Shown here: one piece after another, positions 52,871 through 64,000 of the stretch
Numbering within the stretch: the stretch's first letter is position 1
Layout of the letters: each line of letters begins with the position of its first letter
From: Octopus sinensis
Taxonomy: Eukaryota
Reading direction: 5' to 3'
Length of the DNA stretch: 64,000 bases
Assembly: GCF_006345805.1 (NCBI RefSeq)
Contig: NC_042999.1
Span: 60,884,001-60,948,000 of the forward strand
Notes under the pieces: generated by a model
Databases searched by the model: none
What the model was told of the DNA's origin: nothing
The model's input: only the letters and a program-made list of their open reading frames with translations
Program-made: the position numbers and the translations under genes

Positions 52871-52874
<4 letters not shown>
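51544..52874. repeat. About 330-bp inverted duplication (degenerate hammerhead pLTR plus half SINE B) flanking a central insert
   Basis: 51544-51871 and 52541-52874 are reverse complements with scattered mismatches; CCGATGA..ATCCCA TGCTT TGGGAT..GAAACAGTTGTA at 51571-51618. Confidence 0.9.
52108..52242 (-). ncRNA. Candidate rearranged hammerhead ribozyme, second sequence family
   Basis: ACCCCU-CUGCGAAAAG..CUUUUCGCAG-GAAGGA-AAGUUUC-UUGUCGAAGA-UACGU-C-UCGCU-UUUA-UCCUUC-GAA-ACGUA-GAGUAGAU-GAAACCU-U-AGCGA-CUGAAGA-AGGGGU. Confidence 0.8.
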
Positions 52875-52925
<51 letters not shown>

Positions 52926-52952
52926 GCTGTGATGTTCATAAAAATATTTCTT

Positions 52953-52987
<35 letters not shown>

Positions 52988-53539
52988 TACTTTATACTAC
53001 GCTGAATTCTATCTTAGTGTCAGTGAGTGGGTATTTTGACATATGTATTTTTACGTGGAATTTTACGTGGGTGTATAAATGTAAATATGGATCGATGACT
53101 ACAAGGTTTACATTTCTCGTCATATATTCCTTTTGTGCTCTCATTCACCAATTATTCAAAGACAATGGGGCCACATCGATATATCATTTACACATTTCCC
53201 TAAGCAATAATATGTCCAAATTGATTTCTGTTGCCTCCCTCGAGCAGTTGCTATAAGTTTAACTTTCACACTTTAAACCTTGAAGCAAATGTAATGACTG
53301 TCTAATTATATATGAAGAGTACAGTTTAATGCCTGCAACTTGCTCACCAATGGATAATGTAAATTAATGCCAATTACGACAATTGTGCTTGTCACAATTC
53401 AATCCAGCTTCTAGGTTACGGAATATTTGATTAAAGAGAAACGCTTGTAACGCTCCTTGTGTTTGGAAGTTTCTGACTAGGATATGCCACTAAGCCGATA
53501 TTATCTTTTTCACTGTATTATATAAACACATACATCTTT

Positions 53540-53757
53540 TACTACTTTATTTGTTTCAGTCATTTGACTGCGGCCATGTTGGAGCACCGCCTTTAATCGA
53601 ACAAATCGACCCCAGAACTTATTCTTTGTAAGCCTAGCAATTATTCTGTCGGTCTGTTTTGCCGAACCGCTAAGTTACAGGGCCGTAGACACACAGACAT
53701 CGGTTGTCAAGCGACGCTGAAGTCGGAGCTACTTACCACACAGCCACTCCTACGCCT
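53540..53757 (-). mobile_element. SINE family B with internal deletion
   Basis: 3' half joined directly to the first about 30 nt of the head (GCTACTTACCACACAGCCACTCCTACGCC). Confidence 0.8.
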
Positions 53758-54799
53758 AAACGTATATTATATATCTAGCATGACTAAAACGCAGATTTGG
53801 TAATTCACAGTTTAGAATATCATGTGATATATGTTCCGTCTCCTTGCGTTTTGATTTTTATCCCACTGCTGTCTATTATGACTCTTATTCTTTCAGAGTC
53901 TATAAAAAAATACCAATCGTAACTGTTAGTGAACTGGACAGGGCACCCTGCAGTCGGGTCTTTGCATGTTAAATATAGTGTCTGCGACGACACTGATGTT
54001 CCGCCGCATCGGCCCAAATCGCTGTCATTTTCTTTGGATGACATCGTTGGCGTGGAGAGAAGAGAATTTTAAGCAGGCATAATTATCAATCTTTCTCAAA
54101 AATTTTGTTCAATCATACACATATTGGGAAGACTAGACAATGTTATTATTCAAATAAAATTGACAACCTCTCTCATAGCCCGCTTAAAATGAAAATATCT
54201 TAGTAAGCAACTTGTCATCATAAAAATTTTGCTTACTACACAAACTGTTGAAAGGAAGTAAATAAGTATAATCCTATTATTGACAACCAATTTATTAAGT
54301 ACAAATTGAACTGGGGGGGGGGCAGAAATGTAAGGATGTTAAAAGCTTTGGACACAAGCTCTTTCTCACAATTAACCAATTCCTTACTCTTTTCCTTCTA
54401 CATGAAGTATTGATGGCCGATCAAGTACCATACCTCTCTCACGAGTGTAGCAGTTTATTTACTAAAGATTTAGTAATTTACAAAACCGACTGTCGATAAT
54501 AAGTGCCAAAACTTCTTTACAGACTAGATGCTGATGAGGTGTGCGTAGATGGACCAATATTCAGTGCAGCTAAGGACAGGCTAATGAAGAGATTGATTCT
54601 GCTATTTAGACCACTATCAGCCCTTCTTCATGATCAAAGTTCTCCAAACTGTAAACAACTCGTCTTTTCCCGAACAGTGTGTCTCTAGAGAAACATATTT
54701 TTTCTTGTGGTAATTTACTGTTGTTTTATTTCTTTGTGAGCAGATATGGCAATAAACTTTTAATCACATAACTGTTAATGTTGGTCGTGTTCGGACACA

Positions 54800-55945
54800 C
54801 GCATTATTCCAAATGCATTGCAGTACTCTTAACTTGAAGCGTGATGTACTTTATTACCTTATCTACGTGATTTTTTGGTTTCAATAACAAAAGAATTTGT
54901 TTCAAGGGTGATTTGGCGGTTACAAATTTGCAAATCTTACTAGTTGGCTACGCATATCTATACGAGTTTATTTAATTTCCATGAGTAAACGAGGCACAAA
55001 TTTTGTTTTTTTTTTCATTGGTCATTCCTCACTTAAGATTCGTTGGTGGCATCTCCAGGATACACCGGTCATACTAGTGAGGACACACTGTCAATTGTTT
55101 GGCAACGGCCCTCCAAGATTAGTTCATGAATTTTCGTGATGTTCTCGTTCATTCAAAAGATTGATCGACGCCCTGAACGAGGGTGGTCTTCAAGCGGGAA
55201 GTGACCATTTCTAAAGCGTGAAAACCACTCGTAAACTCGTGTTTTGTTCATGGTAGTGGCAGGAGTGACTGCGTGGTAAGTAGCTTGCTTACCAACCACA
55301 TGGTTCCGGGGTCAGTTCTACTGTGTGGCACCTTGGGCAACTGTCTTCTACTATAGCCTCGGGCCGACCAACGCCTTGTGAGTGGATTTTGTAGATAGAA
55401 ACTGAAAGAAGCCTGTCGTATATATGTATATATAAGTGTGTCTGTATTTGCCCTCCACAAAAAAAACATCGCTTGACAACAGATGCTGGTGTGCTTACGT
55501 CCCCGTAATCTAGCGGTTCGGCAAAAGAGACCGATAGAATAAGTACTAGGCTTACAAAGAATAAATTCTGGGCTCAATTTACACGACTAAAGGCGGGGCT
55601 CCAGCATGGCTGCAGTTAAATGACTGAAACAAGTAAAAGAGTAAAAGGATTAAAGAGTAGTGGAATTGTGAGCTGTTTGAGGCATGACAACTTTTATGGC
55701 CGCCGTTTTCCCCAGCAGAAAACAGATTATCACGGAGGCACTTTGTTCCATCATTTCAGCCATCGCAAAAATCGCCGAAAAGTGAAGAAGCACTGCATAA
55801 CAAAGACGCTCCACGTAGCAGTATGGCGGACAAGCAGAACGCCGGTCGGCAGACTGATACCTGAGGATTGCATCAAGTGGCTTCAAGCGGCGGATGCCTG
55901 AACTACAAGTGGATTGTCCTACAGAGAAAGTTTCCGGTTACTTTT
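54800..55945 (-). mobile_element. Degenerate mariner element interrupted by a SINE
   Basis: End GAGGAGGAATTCAAAAGTAACCGG; MEQSASVIICFLLGKTA.. continues past the SINE as VYEWFSRFRNG..LED.PRSGR..KFVPRLL. Confidence 0.75.
55252..55650 (+). mobile_element. SINE family B, full length
   Basis: Complete head, body and (TAAAAGAG)n-like tail. Confidence 0.88.
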
Positions 55946-58166
55946 GAATTCCTCCTCTCTTTTAGCAGATATTTTTTTGCAGTAATTTGAAGGCTACTCC
56001 TGTAAAATCTCTAAGATTATGATTTGTCTTATAAGCGAGAAAAGGGATACAAAATCTAATGCGATACGTTTGTCTACACAAAAATATTTCGTAAAGAATT
56101 GATGAGGTATACAACAACGGATCCTAAATTAACGTACCATTGTGTCTCTGAAAAGAAATTCTCTTGTCGGTTCTTTATTCTATTCATAGGGTCTCATTCC
56201 AAAGGAACCTATAAATACATTCATAGAGTGCAACTTCATTTTGTTCTAAAACGACAGAATAAGATGATTCAATTTGTATTTTAGGATATTAGATGGGAAC
56301 ATAAGGAGAGGCGCAATGTTGTAGATAATATAGAGTGTGTGTTCTGTGTCTACACGTGTGGGGAGACAGTCACAAAGTCATTTAACTGTGTTGATGTTTA
56401 GCTCAACATTAATAAAATGTACTTTAACTTCTAACAATAGCGAACCACTGTCAATGAGAGAAGGGGTTTTCTTTTCAAGTACTAATAAGATTGTGAAACA
56501 GAAATTACAGGTGCTGATGTATATCTGAGTATGCGAAAATTAAAACCTGCATTGTACCTTACTGTATAGTAATACTTATCATGTTGCTAATTTAGTTTGG
56601 TATGAGGCACAATCTATGGTGAATTTGATAGGGATGAAACAAATTTGGAAAGAGTAAAATATAGAAAGAATACTAAAAGATATACAATATCAAGGTGAAA
56701 TATATATTACTTTTAAATTGAAAAAGAAGTTAAATCAACTGATACAGGCAACGATATGCAAAACATAGTTTGAAAATCTGAACATATTTTCATCTGAATG
56801 CTATCTTTCAAACAAATACTAAATAAATCTTTATTAAAAGAAAAAAAAGTAATTTCGTGCTGAATTTCAGTAGTTCAATTATTTCTATCTCTAAAGCATA
56901 GTAAGTTTGGTAGTTTTTCATTTCTTTCCCTATTTCTATCTATAGGTCACGAGAAACCTATTAAAGAACAACCTGATTTTATCTTTTTTGACAATTATTA
57001 ATGTTATGCCTCGTCGTGTCGTTTATATATTACTTTCTACTTAGCAATCGTCTTATCATTGTATATTTTTCCATGCTCCTTTTATCTTTAATTCATGTCT
57101 AAGTATTTTATTTCCACGCGTGACTCTACCTCATTTATTTTGATATATGTGTCCTGTTTTCTTTTTCACTAATTTGATTAGAGCGTATCGTGAAACAAAT
57201 TCCCCCATACCCTTGTATGCCCAAACTCCCTGGCAATATCATAATTATAATGCATCATTTCTCGGAAGATATTTCTTGAAACTTTAATCTCGACTAGCTG
57301 ATGCATTTCTTATACATCAGCTTTATACCTAATTACGCACACTAGTAAGAACTATGAGAGAACATCAACGTCATAAACACTTGGACATCACTGCCTGAAT
57401 TCCTAGATCTCACAGACCTAGTTACCTGATTTCCATGGACTGACTTAATCAAATGAATGGGGTGCCAGTCAGTTGCGGGGTTAAATATTTACAGCTGAGT
57501 GAACTGAGCCAGTAATTTTTCAAACACAGACAAAAGACAGAGACGAGCGACTAGAATACCCTGCTTTCGCTTACGCACGCAAAGTAATTCTGTTAGTATC
57601 ATTTCTTTTGACAATATCTGTATCCATGAAACATGTAGCAATTACTTATTAGTTGTGTTATGCACCACTGTTCTTCCAATATACATGTTCGTTATTATCA
57701 ACGATTATTTTCGTTAAGATGTTGCTGGATATTTACAGATGAATTATACGAATATCGGAATCAGAATACCTGCTTAATTTATGTATTCAACTAAAAACAA
57801 ATAAACACAGTTTCCGGAAACAACAAATGAAGGTTCATTAAATATTGGTGATCTTTACAAATATTTCGTAGAGTCAAATATAATATTAACCTAGTGTGTT
57901 TAATTTAGCAAGCAATGCGAAGAGAAAGTAAATATTTATACATTTGAGTTTATACATGTTAATGAAACAACACGTAATATTAAAGGGGTGGAGTTTAAAT
58001 GAGGATATGCATATATTGAAATAAATTTGCATATGAATGCTAACTGATTATTGTAAACAGAGGTGCCGGCTGTAAATATGAAATTATATATAAATATGAC
58101 GAATACATGCACACTTACATACATACATATATACATACATGCATACATATATATATATATATATAT

Positions 58167-58212
<46 letters not shown>

Positions 58213-58260
58213 TGGGGTAAACTCATACGTGCTTTTAAACATGTGAGCATGTATATGTGC

Positions 58261-58322
<62 letters not shown>

Positions 58323-58326
<4 letters not shown>

Positions 58327-59552
58327 GTCATCCCATAAGTTCTGTCCGAATTTAGATATAAGAAAACAAGTGATTTAATTGAAATTTAATCATCAATGTA
58401 TTTTCCATGATTATCTATGACTTCCTTCCATCTATTTACAATCTTTTTAATCCCATCAATGTAAAACACTTCTGGCTTCAAAGCGAAGAACTTTGAAATG
58501 TCAGTTTCGATCTCCTCCTGGCTTGCGAAAGTTATGTCCCCCAAATGATTCTGTAAACTACGAAACAAATGGTAGTCTGAAGGGGCCAAATCGGGAGAAT
58601 AAGGTGGATGAAGAATACTTTCCCAACCAAGCTCTTCAATCTTCTGTGATGTGATCTTGGCAGTGTGGGATCACGCATTATCCTGAAAAAACATCACTCC
58701 TTTTCGATTCACTAAAGCGGCGAGTCTTTTTTTCTTCAAAGCTTGGTTCAAACGCTCTAATTGCTGACAGTAGACTACTTGAGCATTGATTGTTGCATTA
58801 GGTAGTAACAATTCAAAGTGAATTACTCCTTTGCAATCCCACCAGATAGAGAGAAGAACCTTTTTACCATGAAGTTCCATTTTCGGTTGTGGTTGAGCTT
58901 TTTCCCTTTTACCAAGCCACAGTTTATGACTTTTAACATTTCGATAGAAGATCCATTTTTTGTCTCCAGTCACAAGTCTATCCAAAAAGGGTGAAATGAG
59001 TTCGCGAGAATGTAGCGAAGAGCAGATGTCAACTCAGGATTTGCGGTTGCTTTCGGACAATTCATGAGGCACCCATTTTCCAAGTTTAAGAACCTTTATT
59101 GCCACTTTTTCAACTGATAATGCAGGACTTTCGTCAGGTAATGCCTCAAGGAGATCATGATCAAGCTCAACTGGGCGTCCTGTTCGATCTTCATCTTCAA
59201 GGCTGAAATCTCCACTTCTGAATTTTGACACCATCTTCTGCAAGTTCATTCATTGAAGCGTTCTTTCCCATAAACTGAGTGTATGTTTCGAGTCTCTTCA
59301 AGTTCAGAGTTTCCTTTTTTTGTACTTATAAACATTATGTGCCTCAAATGCTCATTGGATACTTCCGTGTTAGAAAGGGCTTTAATCAAAGAAATTTTAA
59401 TTCTATTAATCTGTAAAATAATATTTAATTTGTTTAAATGTACACAAATGCATAAAAATAAATTTTAATTTTATTAGACATTCTAAAGTACTAGTAAATA
59501 TCCTTCAATTTTAAAAAAGCTAAAATCGGACAGAACTTATGGGATGACCTGA
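58323..59552 (-). mobile_element. mariner DD34D element with both TIRs, transposase pseudogenised
   Basis: TIR TCAGGTCATCCCATAAGTTCTGTCCGA at both ends, TA flanks; WVPHELS, VTGDKKW, QDNA, YSPDLAPSDYHLFRSLQN. Confidence 0.95.
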
Positions 59553-59594
59553 TATATACACGCATATGTACGTATACTGAATAATGATAATAAT

Positions 59595-59803
59595 CCTTCC
59601 TACAATAGGCACAAAGCCTGAAATTAGAGGAGGGGACTAGTCGAGCACATCGACTCCAGTGTTTCACAGGCACTTAATTTACTGACTACCAAACGATGAA
59701 AGGCAAATTCGACATCGGCGGAATTTGAACTCAGAACGTAATGATAGATGAAATATCGCTAAGCATTTCGCCCGGTGTGCTAAGGATTCTGCCAGCTCGC
59801 CAC
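59595..59803 (-). mobile_element. SINE family A-related copy
   Basis: GATGAAAGGCAAATTCGAC..GGAATTTGAACTCAGAACG..CTGCCAGCTCGCC. Confidence 0.8.
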
Positions 59804-59828
59804 CTTTCTAATGATGATGATGATGATA

Positions 59829-59884
<56 letters not shown>

Positions 59885-59885
<1 letters not shown>

Positions 59886-61160
59886 GAGGTTTAAGATGTA
59901 GGGGACGTTTAAGATGTAGGGGACGTTTAAGATGTAAGAAGGAAAATACAGAGCTCCGAAATCTATCCACAAACATCGAAAACAAGGACACCCTATGGAG
60001 CCAAAGATTTACTAACAAAGAATTGGACTATATCCGAGTAAGTAATACGAATTGAAATTTATTACTATTTTCGAAACGAAATGATGTATTTTGACTCGAT
60101 ATTATCTTCACCTCTAACACAACACATGTAATCATGCGTGGAACAACACGATCATCCCCGACCTCAAACACCATGTACAAAGGAACTACGAAGAAATTAA
60201 ATGCCACCGATACTATTCAACCCAAGAATAATAATCGAGCTGTACGTACATTAAACCTACAACAAAAAATGTACGAAAAACTACACGTGCGAAATAATGT
60301 GACAACAGAAATAAACGGACCGGTACCCTACGAAAATGACGACCGTCAAAATAATGGGCCGGACGTTGTACCTCATGTCCCGCAATTAAAACCCAAAAGA
60401 CGTAAATGGACACGTGAGGAATACATTTCTATCTTACACGCATACTTCACAGCAATGCTCTACCCACAAAATGAAAATACAACAACACATACATATAAAA
60501 TATGGAAGGAAAATAATAGAGATATAGACTTGGATACAGCAATGAACCCTAATAAATTAGCTAACGTACGAAGATACATTCTCAAAGCCAAAAAAATATC
60601 AGAAATAGAAATAGAACATTTAAAAGAAAAAATACACCAGGAAAATGTAGATAGAAGCCACACAACAATGCCCAATAATATAAACACTGAAACTGTAAAA
60701 CACGAAGACAAACGCAACATTCCCAACAAACACGATGTAAACAACGAAGGGGAGCCTAATGATTATGATAATATAAAAAATAAAATAATCAAAGAACTGT
60801 ATCAATACCGGCAGATGACAACGTGTCTCTAAAAGAAATGGAGAAACTCTCAAAATACAAAGACCTGGAAATAGAGGTAACTAGAATGTGGAACCTGAAA
60901 ACAGAAACAATTCCTATCATAGTAGGTGCATTAGGCATGATAAAAAAATATTCAGACAAATACATAACAAAAACACCAGGACTTACAAACACATATAACA
61001 TACAGAAAATTGCACTACTAGGCACTGCACACATCCTACGCAGAACACTTTCCATACAATAACCATCAGAGCATCACAACAAATCACAGCACATACCCAA
61101 GGCACACAGAGCTGCGCTCGGTAGTGAAGTGAAAGCACGCTATAAAAATAAAACTACTGA
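59885..61160 (+). mobile_element. R4/Dong-like non-LTR element, internally deleted (no RT), inserted in (TAA)n
   Basis: N-terminal KRRKWTREEYISILHAYF (60134-60832) joined near 60799 to the C-terminal RLE VSIPADDNVSLKEMEKLSKYKDL..IPIIVGALG..QKIALLGTAHILR; (TAA)n on both sides. Confidence 0.88.
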
Positions 61161-61236
61161 ATAATAATAATAATAATATTATAATAATAATAATTATTAT
61201 AATAACAACATTAACAACAACAACAACAACAACAAC

Positions 61237-61283
<47 letters not shown>

Positions 61284-61310
61284 TAATAATAATAATAAGA
61301 AGAAGAAGAA

Positions 61311-61344
<34 letters not shown>

Positions 61345-61345
<1 letters not shown>

Positions 61346-62160
61346 GTAAAGCAAAGAGCGCGATTCGATTGTAAGTTATTTTATTAGTTGAACGATATTT
61401 CAACAGTACGTCTGTCTTTGTCAAGTGGAAAATAAGAAGTGATAAAAATTCAAACTTATAGAAATTTAAACGTAAAGTATGAACGAGAGCAACCAGCGTC
61501 CACACGTTGATAGAATGATATCACCAATTTTTAAGTTACAATTGTATAAAAGGCGAAAAGAAAAAGACAGAAAAAACAGAAAACAGATGACGACAGAAAA
61601 AAGGAAAGGAAAAGAGAGAAAGAAGAATATTTGATCAAACAGTTTTGTATAAATTTGATGATATTCTCCTGCCATCTTATTCCTTCCTCCAGGGCGTAAT
61701 GTTAATATCCCACAAACATATTTCTCCTCATAGATTCTGAGGAGTGAAAATTAAGCAGATTCAGAATATTTTCTGAGAATATGTACTTTCAAGTCTTCTT
61801 CAAAATTGCAGCCGCTTGAAATGAAATATTCAGCAAGTTCTGTCGAACTACTGTTATTGTGCCTGACGTCGAATCTGTACCCATTAAACCTTTTGTTTAA
61901 TTGTTCTGTTGTACAACCAACATAAATTAAATTGTGTTTCATGCATTCTGCAGCGTACACCAAATGGGAATCTTTGCATGTTCCACCTTCTGTATAAATC
62001 ATAACATTTCTGTTATGATTTCTGAAGGAATTCACTTCACTCATGTTGTTGCACAATGAACAGGGCTTGCCTCTCTTACAGTTGTTCTTTAAGAACTTGC
62101 TGAAAATTTCGCTTTTGTTTTTATGTTTTCGTTTCTCATTGTGTTCAGTTTTTTTTACGT
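61345..62160 (-). mobile_element. 5'-truncated Penelope-like element (GIY-YIG end plus 3' pLTR with variant hammerhead-like motif at 61391-61427)
   Basis: CKRGKPCSLC..CKDSHLVYAAECMKHNLIYVGCTTEQLNKRFNG; CUUGACAAAG-ACAG ACGUA CUGU-UGAAAUAUCGU. Confidence 0.8.
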
Positions 62161-62180
62161 CCTGTACTCATATATGCATG

Positions 62181-62224
<44 letters not shown>

Positions 62225-62340
62225 GTAGGTCTTGTACATATATGTATGAATATATGCATATATTTATATATTATTTATATTATTATATGATCAAACGCCA
62301 CGCATTCTTTTCCAAGTAAGTGTATATATATATATAATAT

Positions 62341-62397
<57 letters not shown>

Positions 62398-62402
<5 letters not shown>

Positions 62403-63570
62403 CATTCCATATATAATGTTTTTTATACTTCTTTTATTTTTCAAAATTAAGATAAACAAAATTCTCTTTTATCCTAAAATATACTCACTTTCATATTCTA
62501 CAATGTTCTTCCATTTATCTGGTAGAATTGCAAGCACCGTCTTCCAAATTCCACTTGTCCGTGGCGAAAAATACTCCTCTAGTACTGAACCCACCTCGTC
62601 TACAGAATTCATATTTTTTTCTATCCAAATGACTTTGAAGACAGCGGAATAATTTATAATCAGATAGGAAAAAGTCCGGCGAAAATGGTGTGTGGGGCAT
62701 CGTTTCCCATTCAAACTGCCCCAGCCTTTGGAATGTTATCCTCATAGTGTATGGCCAAGCATTATCCTGATGGAAGAACACTTTTCGTCTTGAAACCAAA
62801 GATGGTCGTGTTTCGTCTAGCGCTGACGTAAACTTCTCAAGCTGCTTGCAGTACATCTCCTTTGTTATCATTTGGTTTGGGTTTCAAGGTTCAATGTTCA
62901 AAGAGCACGCTTTTTATATCCCATCAAACAGATAACAACACCTTACGTGGATGAAGACCTTATTTAGCCTGGGGTGCCCGTGTTTCTCCTTCCCCTACCC
63001 ATTGTCTGTGGTCAGTACTTAAGATTTATATAGACAACTGATTTTTTATCTCCAATCACTATTCGGTCCGAAAAATCTTCATTCGTGAGACATGACAGCA
63101 AAGACGAGCACACATTCACTTTCTACACGCGATTAGACTCGGAAAGTTTGTGAGGAACCCATTGACCCAAATTGCTGACTTTCCCAATAGCACACAGTTA
63201 TGGATGAATGGTTGAATGACCAAATCCAAGCTTCTCTGCTAGTTCAACAGTTACGATGGGATTTTCTTCCACCAGGGTTTGCAGGACGTCCTCGTCGAGC
63301 TCCACAGATCTTCCAGGACAAGGATCGTCTTCTAGGTTGTAGCTTCCAGCTCGGAATTTCTGGAACTGCTTATACTGATTGTCCCATCCCCATATACTAC
63401 ATTAATATTCCTCGCACTTTCCGTCGCCTCGTACCCTTTATTGACCTCGTAAATCAAAGTATGCCAAATATGCTCCTTTGTCAGTTCCATTGTAGCTTTG
63501 AAGAAATAGCTGTGAAAATCGAAGTAGATGTGCTACACACTGAATCACTTAAACAAGGAGAGATATATAA
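62398..63570 (-). mobile_element. Degenerate mariner element
   Basis: LGQWVPHKL, FFHQDNAWPY, HTPFSPD..SDYKLFRCLQ; left end TAGGGTCATTCCATAT. Confidence 0.88.
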
Positions 63571-64000
63571 ATAAATGCAATACATGTGTACCTCTTAACC
63601 TTGAAAAGTTAAACTAAACGTTCGATGGAATTGTCCTTTCCCAGAAATGTAAGTTTATAAGTATTTTTCCTGCGCGTGTTCTTTCTAAAAGAAATTCTAA
63701 ACTAAATATCAGCCTAAATGTTGCTATACCTCTTATCTTTTTAACTCATTCTCCATATTTATTTTTACCCATTTCTCTTTCTTTGTAATTCGACATAGTT
63801 TCCGCTTAGTGGTTTTTGTTTTGTATTTGGTTAGATTTAACCTTCTTTCCATGTACATTTATCTCTAACAGTAGCCTTATAACAATACGTTTGGAGTATG
63901 CTCATAATATTTATTCTAAGTTTTCCAATGACAAAAGTTAACATGTCTGCTGAGATGGTGTCGCTGTTTGTTTCATCGTTATCACGAAGGCAGTGGTCCG

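Overview
AT-rich, microsatellite-saturated eukaryotic DNA, most likely a cephalopod (Octopus-like; inferred from the SINE families and the (TA)n/(CA)n/(TATG)n load). It has no intact host gene, rRNA, tRNA gene or CRISPR array, and only one weak candidate exon (46105-46233). Almost all short ORFs in the track are microsatellite artefacts. The window is a transposon graveyard. It holds two abundant tRNA-derived SINE families (one forming head-to-tail multimers), Tc1/mariner and hAT DNA transposons, Tx1/L1, RTE, HERO and R4/Dong non-LTR remnants, and a near full-length frameshifted Neptune-type Penelope-like element (PLE; RT + GIY-YIG, about 34967-39190). Many short non-coding inserts sit inside (TA)n tracts, often as inverted repeats and often with minimal hammerhead ribozyme motifs. 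The main discovery is at three loci (14052-14130, 44125-44266, 52108-52242; all minus strand, two dissimilar primary sequences). Each carries the complete hammerhead catalytic core in a non-circularly permuted, multiply pseudoknotted strand order, with compensatory base changes across the helices. This points to a rearranged self-cleaving ribozyme carried by non-autonomous, microsatellite-targeting PLE-like elements. All structures were read by eye and are untested; boundaries of degraded repeats are approximate.
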